Source: Nemertoderma westbladi
Lineage: Eukaryota; Animalia; Xenacoelomorpha
Assembly: GCA_032718475.1 (NCBI GenBank)
Contig: JAUCBJ010005397.1
Coordinates: 1 to 60,457, forward strand
Direction: 5' to 3'
DNA: 60,457 bases
Positions within the stretch are counted from its first letter, which is position 1, and each line of letters begins with the position of its first letter. This document shows, one piece after another, positions 44,225 to 56,335 of the stretch. The notes beneath the pieces were generated by a model, which did not search any database, was not told the DNA's origin, and worked only from the letters and a program-made list of their open reading frames with translations. The position numbers and the translations under genes were made by a program.

Positions 44225-46435
44225 ATGACTGAGTTGATAGAAGATGATCTTGGTATCAGGGAGCGATATACTCTACCTTTACAAGCGTTTGTCGATAGCT
44301 TGATACGCGGCGACGCTGGTCCAACTACTACGGAGGATGATGGTCGTTATATCGAACCGCCAATGTCCCCGGAGCAACTTACGCGTGAATTGGATTATAG
44401 AAAGTTCACCGCTCGCTATACGCATCGTAATGGTACGTATATGGACTTCTTAACTACTGGCCATCCTATCGATTTACACGATACGGACGATGTAGACACC
44501 GAAAGGGAAATGGTTTTATTTAAATATCATACCCAGCGGAGTCGGAACGATAAACCGAGAATAGAACACGAGAACTCTATTCGAAACAGACTCGAAAGGG
44601 AAGACGTTGAAGAGCCGGATAAACGCAGCGACTTCAACGATTATCTGGAATTCCTGAGAGAGACATATCTCAATATTGCCAGCCAACAAAATCTCGAAAC
44701 TCGATATCCTCAAGGTATACATCATGATCCTATGATAGAACTCAAACGACTCTATTTCACTATGATGTATCTTACCGCCGATCGACCGCTACCTGTCGTC
44801 CCAGATAGCTTCGAACAGATGGAGGAATATTGTAAAACTGGAGAACGATCACCCGCGTTTCCCCTGCAGGACGTGCGTCTTTGGTATTACTGCGACGAAT
44901 GCCCTAGACCCAATCAGCAAACGGAAAGGCATAAACATCCGCGGAGACGTTGCGCTAAACACAGTTTTACACGATATACTTATGGGAGTTTCGAGCGAAA
45001 CCTGTTCGACGTATCACCTACGGTCGCTCGGCTCAAACGATCCTTGAATAAACCAATGATCAGAGTTCCGGAATACTCGGTCAGACCTCCTCATTCCTCA
45101 GTTAGACCTCAGACTCTTGATCCTAATAGTATCACGGATCCTCCCGAACTGTACTCACTGTTCAAAGATCTAGTGTTACCCAAACAGTTGATCGGTGGCA
45201 CTCCGGTAGTGGGCTCGCTAGATATTCGCCAACCCTACCTAGCCGGATTAGGACGCGGTCATCTAATATCGCCGTTTAACCCGTACAACCGTCCCGGCTT
45301 CACCCCGATACAACCCGTTACGGAAGTCGAAGAGAGCGTCGTACGAAACGCGTTAGACGCTATTCGGCAGAAAATCGGAAAGGGAACTTACGATTGTTTG
45401 GAGAAACGTAAATTGCAGCAACAAGTCCAAGCGGTGAAGGAATTAGCTTTACCCCAGTTCGATAGAGAAATACAAAATCTCGAGGAGGACATCGAACGTG
45501 GACGAACCTACTCTTTACAAGAGTTCCTAGATGAGCGTTTACAACAACAAGCGGAGGAAAATCAGCTCGAGGAGAGACATATAGAACTAGATGAGAGAGA
45601 AGAAGCAGCTTTAGCCCAGCCAGAAGCTCAAATCCTAATAACAGATCTCTATTCTAAAACCATTATCCATCCTTCGATGGTTCCTCATTTCGGAGACAAA
45701 CTCTTCGCCACGGCACAGCCTCAACCGGTTGATATCAACCTAAGATCTCGAGATCTTATCGCTGACGCTCCCATGTTGCAACGTCCGCCCATCGAAGCCG
45801 CTCGTGTCGATGGTATACTCGTTGAACCTCCGGACAATAGAGCGGATCTTGTCCGTCGCATGGTACACGATGTTAACATACGCGCTAGACCTTTACCGGA
45901 CTCGTTTTATGGGATCAAAGATCACCCTTATTATGTCAATCTAACACAATATTACATGGTAAAACCGGAAGATCCTACACATAGTCTGAGGTTTCTACCA
46001 CTCATAAATCCTCTCGATCTTGTCGAACTCGAACAACTGCAGAAACATCTGGATCAGTTAGTTAAAATAAACTCATTTCGAAAACCATATAATGTTTCCA
46101 GAATAGAGAAAGAAACAATACCTCCGTATAATCTTGATGGATTCATCAAAACTCGATTAGTACACTGGAATCTTGACGTGTTATTCGAGGAGGAAAGAAT
46201 ACAACGATATGGAGATGTGGAAACATATACTACACAATATTTAAAGTATAGAGATCTACCTAATGCTAGCGAATGCGCTACCTTGTGGCATCCAGTGGGA
46301 ATGACCCTCGAAAACGCCACTAAAGAGTGGAACGAGACTCTTAACGTTATCGAGATGTATGGAGTTGTCACTTACGATAACGAAGGTAGCGTTCCGGTTG
46401 GAGAACTGGGAACTACGCGGATGATACACATATGA
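44225..46435 (+). CDS. BEL-C accessory protein, N-terminal part (736 aa; CxxC...CxxH motif, coiled coil)
   Basis: Long ORF between integrase and 3' LTR; homologous to BEL-B 15705-16454; same frame as 46481-48529, separated by one TGA. Confidence 0.8.
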   Translation: MTELIEDDLGIRERYTLPLQAFVDSLIRGDAGPTTTEDDGRYIEPPMSPEQLTRELDYRKFTARYTHRNGTYMDFLTTGHPIDLHDTDDVDTEREMVLFKYHTQRSRNDKPRIEHENSIRNRLEREDVEEPDKRSDFNDYLEFLRETYLNIASQQNLETRYPQGIHHDPMIELKRLYFTMMYLTADRPLPVVPDSFEQMEEYCKTGERSPAFPLQDVRLWYYCDECPRPNQQTERHKHPRRRCAKHSFTRYTYGSFERNLFDVSPTVARLKRSLNKPMIRVPEYSVRPPHSSVRPQTLDPNSITDPPELYSLFKDLVLPKQLIGGTPVVGSLDIRQPYLAGLGRGHLISPFNPYNRPGFTPIQPVTEVEESVVRNALDAIRQKIGKGTYDCLEKRKLQQQVQAVKELALPQFDREIQNLEEDIERGRTYSLQEFLDERLQQQAEENQLEERHIELDEREEAALAQPEAQILITDLYSKTIIHPSMVPHFGDKLFATAQPQPVDINLRSRDLIADAPMLQRPPIEAARVDGILVEPPDNRADLVRRMVHDVNIRARPLPDSFYGIKDHPYYVNLTQYYMVKPEDPTHSLRFLPLINPLDLVELEQLQKHLDQLVKINSFRKPYNVSRIEKETIPPYNLDGFIKTRLVHWNLDVLFEEERIQRYGDVETYTTQYLKYRDLPNASECATLWHPVGMTLENATKEWNETLNVIEMYGVVTYDNEGSVPVGELGTTRMIHI

Positions 46436-46480
46436 GGACTCGCTGGTTCTACCCACGTATTTACGCGAGCGTGTTCCGAT

Positions 46481-48529
46481 GTGATTGATTATTCTTTTGA
46501 GACTCTTACTGAGACACAAAAGAAACTCCGACATGGACAATTCGAACTCGCGCAGCGTTACGTCACCGACACCGAGCGCAAACCGGCCATGGGTATCGAT
46601 GGATCGATGTTACCCCAGCCCGTGCTCGAGATGTTGTTTAACGAAAGAATCCTTAAAATCGGCTCAGCTGTTTATGGAGATCTACAAAATGACTTTCGGA
46701 ATATGGAGAACATTCCATACCCTTTCGTTGATACTCAGCTGATTGCTCCCTGGGCAGAAGGCCGAGGTGTCTTCCGCACTATGTATGCCAATACACCCAG
46801 CGGCATTACTAAAGTACAACGAACCTCCATCGGACATCTTGCCTTTCAAGAATACGGATGGAATTTCAAGGTTGGAAATCCTATCAATCACCAACAAGTA
46901 TATGGAGATCATTATTCTCGTTTATACTTTGATGGACCATTGACCGCACCTGGCGCCGTGTATAGCTTTATGAGTGTTCCACTTCGTCCCTCCTTAGCTA
47001 TATATACGATCTTTGAAAACGCAGCACTTGCCGGTTGGCTAGCCGATGTGTGCAGTCGTACCATACGCGCCCATCCCTTAATACTTGGAACCAAACTCGC
47101 CAAGCTAGATGAACACAATAAATTCATCCACTTCGAATGTTTCAGGCGCTTTCTGACTCCGTTCCGTAACGTTGATAGTCAGTTCAAGGACCGCGCTCTG
47201 ACCAAACTCAGCCTAAGAGACTCAGCTGCGGAGAAGCTAAACAGCGCGGGATTTGCCCTTTTCCAGGACGTTTGTATACAGAACTTACATTCATCTGTTA
47301 TACAAAGACCCCGAATACCCACGGGTTATTCTGTCGTGGAAGTTCAGACAGTGGGTCCGCTTGCGGAGACAGCCGCACCTACCTCAGCTATGCAATTGGA
47401 AGACGAACCAATATGCTTAGAATCTGAGGCGATTCAGCCTACAGCGCCCCGGAGCAGCGATAACGACTACGTCTTAGAGTGGTATCAAGGTCCACAATGT
47501 CTCACCGCATACGATTATCGACACGCCAACTATGTTTCTCGAAAACGTTGTCGATTATGCGTATCGAGAGACCATTTCACCCCTATGGACTCAGACGTAC
47601 CCTGCTCCTATTTCCACGAACAACCGATGATGGAGATCTATTGTGCGTATTGCAGATTTAATAACTCACACATTTTTGCAGTCTGCCTCCAATTTATGAC
47701 TCAATGCCACCACTGTCAACTTAAAGGACATGCCAGTTATAATTGCCCCTTTAACCGCGATTTAGAAAGCGTAGATGAGATGATTACCCTGCGCTACATC
47801 CGAGCTTGGGAAGCGAACGCGGATTTACATTGTGAGTCCCGCCATCGCTATTACCCTGGACGCTCTTACGAGGGAGTTTACGCGTTCCATCTTTATTTAT
47901 TCACGTCTGTTGAACAAAAAACACGCACACCGAGTTACGAACTAATGAAGCGTGTTGGTGAGTGTATTTCCACCAAATTTGTTCGAAAATATCTCAGGAA
48001 CGTCAATCCTAACGATATTACTTCATACCATTTGATCAATTTCATCCGTCAAGACCCTGAGTATGGCGATTTATTTATCAACTCGCACCCTGAGTTACAA
48101 GAAGTATCTCGACGGCCCTACGAATATCGAGCCCGAGAACGCGAGCTGGAAAGAACCATTAAACCGAGGAAGTTTCTCACCACTCACGGTCCACCTACCG
48201 CTATTGTCCAGACGACCCGTCAAGGACCCATAGGAGCTGCTGTCCTAAGACGTGCCCTAAAGGCCGTTAGACCTCGCTCCACTGAAGTTGATATCGATCA
48301 ACCAGGTACCTCGACCGGCGGATACACCGTTCGTAATCCTAAACCTTCTGATGCAATTGTTTGCACCCTTCACCCAGGAGTTACAGCCCTCCTAGTAAAG
48401 TGGCTCGCCCCAAAGAGAAAAGGACTCTTGCTAGCCTCAAAAAACTGCGTAAACGCCGTCTGCGTAAGAAAGACTAACTGTTTAGAGTATTTTTATATTT
48501 TAGAAACTGTGATTTTTTATATTTTATAG
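46481..48529 (+). CDS. BEL-C accessory protein, C-terminal part (682 aa; triple Cys/His knuckle)
   Basis: CRLCVSRDH, CAYCRFNNSHIFAVC, CHHCQLKGHASYNC; homologous to BEL-B 14953-15822. Confidence 0.8.
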   Translation: MIDYSFETLTETQKKLRHGQFELAQRYVTDTERKPAMGIDGSMLPQPVLEMLFNERILKIGSAVYGDLQNDFRNMENIPYPFVDTQLIAPWAEGRGVFRTMYANTPSGITKVQRTSIGHLAFQEYGWNFKVGNPINHQQVYGDHYSRLYFDGPLTAPGAVYSFMSVPLRPSLAIYTIFENAALAGWLADVCSRTIRAHPLILGTKLAKLDEHNKFIHFECFRRFLTPFRNVDSQFKDRALTKLSLRDSAAEKLNSAGFALFQDVCIQNLHSSVIQRPRIPTGYSVVEVQTVGPLAETAAPTSAMQLEDEPICLESEAIQPTAPRSSDNDYVLEWYQGPQCLTAYDYRHANYVSRKRCRLCVSRDHFTPMDSDVPCSYFHEQPMMEIYCAYCRFNNSHIFAVCLQFMTQCHHCQLKGHASYNCPFNRDLESVDEMITLRYIRAWEANADLHCESRHRYYPGRSYEGVYAFHLYLFTSVEQKTRTPSYELMKRVGECISTKFVRKYLRNVNPNDITSYHLINFIRQDPEYGDLFINSHPELQEVSRRPYEYRARERELERTIKPRKFLTTHGPPTAIVQTTRQGPIGAAVLRRALKAVRPRSTEVDIDQPGTSTGGYTVRNPKPSDAIVCTLHPGVTALLVKWLAPKRKGLLLASKNCVNAVCVRKTNCLEYFYILETVIFYIL

Positions 48530-48540
48530 ACTAAAATCCC

Positions 48541-48555
48541 ATTTTCTGGGAGCGG
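48541..48555 (+). promoter_or_regulatory. PPT-position motif of BEL-C (ATTTTCTGGGAGCGG)
   Basis: Directly precedes TGT of the 3' LTR. Confidence 0.7.
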
Positions 48556-49727
48556 TGTAAAAGCTTTTGCGGAATTAGCCGGTTATTTTCCCCGTAAAGT
48601 ACTCTGTAGTTGGTTTAACAGGCATAAAAAGCCGTATCCTTACTGTACTGGTGTTTTGGGGGACATGGGAAGCCATTTCTTCTGTATGTGTACTTTTGCG
48701 GACATAATTAGCAATTCTATGACGCAATGCGCTAGATCCTCTTGAAACAGTGTAGTTACTATGACGACAGCTAACAGCTGAGCTGTACACGTGTAGCTTT
48801 TTCCTTGTTCTCTGGTGTTTCTTTGTTCGGTCAACCAATCAGAGCGATTCTCCTGCTTTTTGTACAGAAACCTCCGGGAAATCGCGCAATGCATTATGGG
48901 TCAATGTTTATATTTTGTCCTGAGCCCAGAAGACCGGCTTCGGAATCTCTGTGTTTTCAGTCTTTAGCCCAACATTAGTAGGCTTAATTATAGAACGTAT
49001 ATCTGTTATCTTACTCACTCACCTAATCATATTGTCAACTACAAACACCGCATTTTTACTGCTATTTACTGTCGGTTATTCATTATATCATTTGATGGAA
49101 TATTATTATATTGGATAATATCGATAAATTAATCCTAAAACCCTCAATCTTCTTGATATACTGAAGGTAAGAGAGACCGGTTACATATAACGATTGCGAC
49201 TTACATTAAAGTGGTTCTGAAGTGAATCTAATGCTATTTCATAGGCACTACATGTATTGGTTGTTGTTCTCTTTATATGTGACTAAAATTAGTGAAGGTC
49301 GGCAGATCAGTGTGCAGCATTGTGCAGTATTGTGTATGATTGTGACTGATAAGAAAGCATCTCCTAAAGAATGCGCCATATACGTGAATCTATAGCCATC
49401 CCGTTGTGTCTAGTTTAAGTCATAACTCTGTTTACATATTTAGAGCGCCACGTCCTAAAGGAACTGTTAATATTTCCCGAAAGTGAATAATATTTGTCAG
49501 AGATTATATATTACGATCAGTCGAATAATACAGTAGGCCTACCCCGCAATACGGTTAGGCTTCCGAATCCAGTCTCCCGGGTATATCCAACGGGTGAATG
49601 ATCGCGCATAGACTGGCTTCGGCTAATGTAGTGTATCAAATACTCGTCATAGGCTAAAGACGATTTATTATCTAGAAGACATCCCAATTTGGCAGGTTAA
49701 ACTGCTAAAGGTCTAAAAGCGCGAACA
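48556..49727 (+). repeat. 3' LTR of BEL-C
   Basis: Direct repeat of 30900-32071, followed by TSD gtgtt. Confidence 0.95.
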
Positions 49728-49804
49728 GTGTTGAAGTTGAAGTTGCATTAAAGACCAGCCCGCCAGACCAGATAGAATTCATGATGGAGACATACTCCAT
49801 CTAC

Positions 49805-50110
49805 ACCTGTGGGGCGAGCCACGAAGTGAGTGGGCCTTAGCGTAGGGGTACCATTAATCAACCTGTCATTCTGTCGCGTTTTTTTTCAGTATTTTATTTT
49901 AAACGTTAATAACTCGGCCAATCCTTGATGAAATCTATCCAAACTTGGTACACATGTTGTTTGGCAAAAGTTTGAAAATTTTCCAAGTAGAATTTGCGTG
50001 GGGCCTTCGTGCAGCATCAGTGTAACTGTTGTTGCAGTTATAATAAATTTATTTATCCAAATTTAAAATGCGTTAAATTATTATTACTGTAGGATAAATC
50101 AGCTGGGTTT
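49805..50110 (-). repeat. Inverted partial copy of the repeat at ~9410-9630 and 10455-10535
   Basis: tgtggggcgagccacgaagtgagt...aaacttggtacacatgttgtttggcaaaagttt is the reverse complement of those blocks. Confidence 0.75.
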
Positions 50111-50688
50111 CTGACAAATTTTGCAATACATTGGGGCTGTCTGCTAATCTGCATGTACCATGTGTACCGGTACTGTCAGCCTGTACTCAATCCCTGAATC
50201 GAGAATCCTGCAATCAGTCAATACTGCAATACTGGTCAGCCGGTACCATACACTGCAGACATGCCATATCATGTAATCTAATTAAACATGGCCCCGGCAA
50301 CCCTTGCGGTGATTATAGTTTAGGCCTAATTAGCCCAGTACCGGCACCGGTAATAATAATATAATAGTTTAGATAGTTACCGCTAATCATTCAGTCATTG
50401 CTGCATTGGCACGGTACACCGTATTGATGTACTGCCGTTGTAGTGCGCACCGTAGGTACCACCCTACTACCGGTACCGGCTGGCCGGTGGCAACTAGCAC
50501 TTCAGCACTTGTACAGCAACAGCACTACCGGCGATACACAGGTTTGAATTTATGTAGAGTTTGCTCAACAGTACAGATATAAAATAGTTATCTAAATTAT
50601 ATATATTACTATTGACAAGTATTGAAATATATACCGTTATTCGTGTTATCAGTATTTGCAACATCTGACATTGAAGAGGTGAGAGAAG

Positions 50689-51030
50689 ATGAATACCGGC
50701 ACTCAACAAAACCAACGCTTATCACATGTCGGTATGGTTACCTCGAAACTGGCGCGACTGTCCACTCGAATACAACTTCAAAACACAAACGCCAACAATA
50801 AACTGAAAGCGAATCGAACGTCTTCAGAAGAATCTGTCATTGGGACGAAGAAAAGGAAGCCGAAACCACGGGAATGGACCACAGCTAAGATTGAATGCTC
50901 CCCTTGTCAGAGTTCCTGGACCGAAATTGAAACACCAATTGCCGATGGGCTTGATCTCTCAAACCAAAACTTCCTCTGCGGGGTTTGCGCGGCAGTAAAG
51001 ATTGAAAGTCTGGAAGCTGGCATCCCTAGG
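50689..51030 (+). pseudogene. Possible LINE ORF1 fragment with degenerate PHD-like Cys pairs
   Basis: IECSPCQSSW...FLCGVC followed by a coiled-coil-like start; truncated by a repeat. Confidence 0.35.
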
Positions 51031-51039
51031 TATTATTAT

Positions 51040-51411
51040 TATAAAGAGCGTCAGCCTGCGTTTAATAAATATATTTTAATACAAAACAGGTCGAACGCAA
51101 AGAGGCTTATAATGAAGACGAGTACTGCATGGATTATATTCCTATAAACCACCTGGCTTTGCATATTGAACGTGCGTTTGGAAATAAGTTCGTGCTACCC
51201 TTCCGTGGGTGGTAGATGTCGCGGTTATGTAATGGTGGGAGGGGGGGGGGGGGGGGGCAGATTAAAAGGGGTGAACACGTACTGTCCCCCTTTCTTTGAT
51301 TAATTGGTGGTGTGGGTTAATCTCTCATAACCTGATTTTGTGATACAGTCGCACAATTTTAATTTGTATCTCATAACTGGGCCTCGTGCTGCGCGAAGGC
51401 CCCACGAACGT
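51040..51411 (-). repeat. Inverted copy of the repeat at 5098-5500
   Basis: aactgggcctcgtgctgcgcgaaggccccacgaacgtgt and the poly-G tract mirror copy 1. Confidence 0.8.
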
Positions 51412-52299
51412 GTTTTATACCCTGCCTCATTACCCTTCCTACCCAATAATGGCCTGCCTTTCTTTAGCAGTAGTCAGTCTGTAAATATTGAGTTGTTTCT
51501 TGAAAAAGGGAGCCTAATTGGCCACAGTAGGGGGGCGCTCTCTTCCCCTCTAATGCAGTGTGCTGTGTATTGGGATGGGGTGTGTGTGTTGGGAATGCAT
51601 TTGTTTCACCTGAGCTGACCATCCACCAGAGTTCAATATACGTAAGTAGGTAGGTAGTCAATATAGGTAGGTAGGTAGATACTCTAATGTAATATACATG
51701 ATGTAATTTTATCTGATAACGCTGGTCAACATGTTGTCTGATTGGTCAGTTTGTCTAAAAGTCATTGGATATATGTAATAACTGTTAATTCCCAATGTCC
51801 TGTCAGTCTTCATATTACACTCATTGTTATACACCAGCTACCTGATTACAGTACAGTAGTACACCATTTCCTGGAATATAGTGTGGTTATTCAGCTACAT
51901 GAATGTTCCAGAATATGGTATATTTATTAAATAGAATCTCCACCGGATTCATCAACTTTACTTCAGTATATCTAAGTGACGGTGCTTTTAATTTAATTTA
52001 TTATTTATTCACTTTATCGTGTTTTATTGTGTCACTCCCAGTCCCATGTCTTAATTCACTTTAACAATTAAATAGAATAAAATAGCCTCGTAGAGGTGCA
52101 ACACTATGCAACATTATTGAAAGCCCAAATTATTGAACATTATTGAATATCTCAGCCATTTTTCAACGAAATTCTACATATTTGGAATCCTTTTCTCCAG
52201 CTTTCCTTCACTAGGGAGAGTGAGGGAGACAGGTTAGGGTTAGTCAAAATTCCAGGTGATCTAGCATTTATGAATGGGCCCTTATTTTGGGATTTCCCG

Positions 52300-52520
52300 G
52301 GCCCCTTACTGGGTCCCACCACGCCAAAGTCTTTGGCCAGGACCAGCCAGTGCTTTGGCGGCTTCACGGAATGAATAAGCATGGTGGACAGCCCATGACT
52401 TTCTTGAGACGCCTCCTAAAGGACACTGGCCTTGAAGATGCGGAGTACCTAGAAAAGATGCGCATGATCTAGCAAATGTCTTGGGTGATGGGACTTGTCG
52501 ACAAGCCGACTCAGCATTCT
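52300..52520 (+). pseudogene. RTE-like LINE 3' end fragment
   Basis: DQPVLWRLHGMNKHGGQPMTFLRRLLKDTGL; paralogous to 11395-11561 and 27085-27350. Confidence 0.55.
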
Positions 52521-52610
52521 TAATATACTGTATATGTAATAGTAAATAGTAGTAGGCCCTGAAATTGCCACTTAAATTGATTATTTTGGAATGCAACCGT
52601 TATATTTCAG

Positions 52611-52757
52611 GATAGCAGCTACTCCTAAGTTACCAATACAGAATGTTGTGTTTCTCAAAGTTCATAAAGCTGGAAGTGAAACAATGCAATCAATATTGAT
52701 GCGGTACGCATTGAAGCATAACTTAACATTGGCTCTACCCGCTTCCGGAAACAGCAG
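52611..52757 (+). CDS. GAL3ST: Galactose-3-O-sulfotransferase family gene, internal exon with 5'-PAPS-binding motif
   Basis: tttcag|...|gtaa; NVVFLKVHKAGSETMQSILMRYALKHNL; phase-2 junction joins the next exon in frame. Confidence 0.85.
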
Positions 52758-52906
52758 GTAATATATCAATCTTTTGTTTGTAACGGGACTGTGTAGGCCT
52801 AACTCTGGTACATTCGGTACTACACGGGTACTGCAGTGTAGGCATAGAAGGTACAGACTTCTGACATTATGCCTATAGGCCTACTTGTTGATTTCTTCCC
52901 TTGCAG

Positions 52907-53465
52907 ATTTGGTTGGTTACTGGGTTGGCCTCGGCCCTTCAATCGCAATGACATTCTGGAATCTGTGAGATTTAAATCTAACATTCTGAGCCATCACATG
53001 GTATGGAATGAGACTGAAGTAGATGCTGTGATGCCGACAAATAGTTACAGAATTGCCATTTTAAGGGACACCCATACTCACTTCGAGAGTTCTATGTCCT
53101 ATTTGCACTCAAAAGGGAAATATATATGGCCTACATCTAGCAACACATCGGTTAATGATTTTATAAACAACTCAGATGATATAATGAAAATTAATTTCTC
53201 AGGAAAAGCGTTTATGCAAAATTTAGCTTGTTATGAATTTGGATTTCGAAATGTTCAATCTTTAAAGCAAATTAATCATATAATCAACTATGTCGACTCG
53301 AAGTTTGATTTTATTATGATAACTGAATATTTCGACATTAGTTTGGCGTTGTTGAGACGGGAACTGAATTGGGAGTTTAGCGATGTGATATACAATCATT
53401 TGAACGTGAGACGTGAGGTTGCACGCGAAATAATAGATGATGACCTAAAACTGAAAATCAGGAAG
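52907..53465 (+). CDS. GAL3ST: Galactose-3-O-sulfotransferase family gene, main catalytic exon
   Basis: ttgcag|...AAG|gttagt; ILSHH, IAILRD...FESSMSY, NLACYEFG, FDFIMITEYFDISLALLRRELNW. Confidence 0.88.
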
Positions 53466-54576
53466 GTTAGTATAGGTGAGCAACCAAAACATGAAGTTCT
53501 TATGGCTACTTTAGATGACTAAATGGCTTCATCATTAACATACCTTTAATCGAAAATAATACATTGTGGTTCCAAAATTTACTACTATGTTGCCTAGCTT
53601 TAGATTGCATTAACAATTAATTGCTAGCTAATTACATAGTATAAGCTCATAGTGAATTCAGCTAAATATATTGTCAAGGTTAGTGTAATTACTTGGAACT
53701 ACATTTCTGTAGTTTATGTTATTACGAGCTGCAGTAGAGCTTGTCCTGCTTTATGAAAGCCCATGTTGCCCTCCCTGTAGGGTGTAGGTCATGTTATGAT
53801 AACCACAGAAATAAAGCATAGCATTGCAGCTATCGGGCTCTTAATATAGCACTTCATGCTAAATACAAGAGGATGAAACGTAATGTTCATCAGTTCATGG
53901 CATTAAATTCAACATTCAACGATCATTTATCATCATACTTACCATAGAAAAACATTTTATTGCCATAAAGCAATGCTTCCATGCACTCTGCAGGAATGAT
54001 ATATGATTTGGTTTAATTTGATTGCCTGGCACTGCCGTCTTGGAAGAGTACAGATCTGCCGGCTGACTGGCAATGAATCCCAGTGGTGTTGCCATTTTGT
54101 GATGGCCACTTGGCCTCTCACCCACAATATATTGTTTTATTGTTGAATTTCTGGTTTACTTAACGCTCGTCTATGGACGAGCCGTAAATAATCCACCTAT
54201 TTATTTATCGCTCACGCTGTCTTAGTTACTATTAATAACAGAGTGTAATATTAACTATTTCAGTATTTCTTGTTGCAGTTACCCAAGGCGTTCTAGAACT
54301 ACAGATGTAGTTCTAGAACGCCTTGCATACAATACAATTATAACATTATAAAAATTGCTAGCTACCCATGTATATAATTTAATATTCCGATATGAATGTA
54401 ATGGCGATTTATTATTTACATCACTTATACGAATTACTATTATTACTGTTAGGATACAAATTCTCCAGAATTAAAGAGATAATTAGAACTAGCTAACGAA
54501 CATGTTATTAGTGTGGCCTAGGGCTCCATTTTTTCACTATCATCACGACAAGATCTACGGTTATACACCATGACCC

Positions 54577-55460
54577 GTAATATAGTGTCATTTTCTGATG
54601 ACACGGGTCCTCCCTCAAATTTTTCTACAAATCTTTTTCATATTGCTTGAAATTTGAAACACAACTAGTTCAACTCACCGTGGTTGTTACCATGAAGCCG
54701 GAATTTTCGATTTCGTCTTTAAATTTTTTTATAAGCCTTTTTAAAAAGTGTCTTTTGCGAAATCGCACCATCCGTATCATTGCCATTCTTCATATTACTT
54801 GTATTTTTTTCATATCAATAGAAAGCTTGTGTTGAAAGGATTCCAAATATGTAACAATATCTGAATTTCCGTGAGAAACAGCTGAGATATAGGTGTTCAA
54901 AGATTGCAAGAAGTGTTGTCCGCTGAATGCCATTTATTCTATTTAATAAATACATGATGTTCTGGAACAATTTGTTTAAGTATGAATAGCTACGCAGTAG
55001 ATATATTGGATAGGAATACCAGTGTTGCCTACCAACTCATAAAATAAATAATCCTTTCTAGAATTTTGTGTATTTATTAAATAGAATAAATGGCCTGCCG
55101 GGAACGATAATTCTAGCAATCTTTGAACGCCTATTTCTCAGCTGTTTCTCAACGAAATTCAGATATTGTTACATAATTCGAATCCTTGCAACGCAATCTT
55201 TTTAATGATATGAAAAAATTACGACTAATGTTAAGAATGTCCACGATACGGGGTGCGATTTCGCAAAAGACACTATTTTAAAACGCTTATAAAAAGAATT
55301 TAAAGGCAACATCGAAAATTCCGGCTTCATGGGGTCATCGACGGTGAGTGGAACTAGTGGTGTTTCAAATTTCAAGCAATATGATAAAGATTTGTAGAAA
55401 AATCTTGGGGGGGGGGGGGGGGGGGGGTCCGTGTCATCAGAAAATGACGGCATTACTATG
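54577..55460. mobile_element. Foldback/MITE-like element with ~380-bp inverted arms (intronic)
   Basis: gtcattttctgatgacacgg...tattgcttgaaatttgaaacac... mirrored by ...gtgtttcaaatttcaagcaata...ccgtgtcatcagaaaatgac. Confidence 0.8.
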
Positions 55461-55759
55461 TTATTATTATTGTTATTATCATACACCGGCAAGCCGGGTA
55501 CAGACTACGTATGTGATAACAGAACAAAAAGAAAAATAAATCAACTAAACAGCGTAGTACACAATACAGAAGAATAATTATAGCACAAATCGTAATAAGG
55601 ACCTATAAGAACAAAAGAAATATACAACAGATAGTTAAGGATAAACAGTTAAGTAGTAACACGAATGTCTAAGGCGAACAAATATTTACCAAAATATCAT
55701 TAAGTTCAACCGAACTAAAACCGGGAATATTTAGAAATCCATTGTTATAATCAACTAAT

Positions 55760-56335
55760 TCTCAACACAAAGGCACTATATATGATGATCTACTGTCTGG
55801 GAACCAAGTGACATTAATGCATAGCCGTTTTGAAATATTATTGAAACCAACTTGACATTTATTAATAATATGATATAAATTCGCACCAGATACTGTCCTA
55901 CAATCAAATAAACATAACGTTGCAAGAAATTTAATTGAGGGTTTATTACTATGCAATAACGACTGTGCAAAAGATAAAAACCTACTGCAAAGCATACTAT
56001 AGGGATGAGCGAAAGGTACTAATCCCTCTACAATAAAACGATGCGTATTTAGTGGTAACCCCCAAACAAGACGAATGTTAATATGCCACGATGTCACCAA
56101 TCTTGACCCACAATTGACTACCATAAAAACTCGTGCAATAAATACGTTACAAATTGGATAACGTATATGGGTGAGTAAAATAAAATTCCCTACGTAAACT
56201 AACTAATTTACCAATAAATTTACCGCGTTTTGACATTACATCAATGGTAAATCTACCACTAAAATGAAATATATTACCCAAATGGGTGGCTTGCTTAACC
56301 CAAGGAAGGGAGGAGCCATTTAATACAATAATGGG
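55760..56335 (-). pseudogene. LINE ORF2 C-terminal fragment (intronic)
   Basis: LPWVKQATHLGN...KRGKFIGK; WHINIRLVWGLPLNTHRFIVE...LCSRFLSF. Confidence 0.65.

Larger units (their letters stand above)
30900..49727 (+). mobile_element. BEL/Pao LTR retrotransposon BEL-C (degenerate, internal deletion, nested Gypsy)
   Basis: 1172-bp LTRs (roughly 15 substitutions by eye), TG...CA, TSD gtgtt (30895-30899, 49728-49732), BEL RNase H and integrase motifs. Confidence 0.95.

Noticed and set aside
44225-48529. env gene
   Set aside because: No evident signal peptide or transmembrane helix; Cys/His knuckles suggest an intracellular nucleic-acid-binding protein.
55406-55427. Poly-G/poly-C runs as regulatory G-quadruplexes (also 5251, 9982, 51241)
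   Set aside because: Variable-length homopolymers inside repeats; no independent support.
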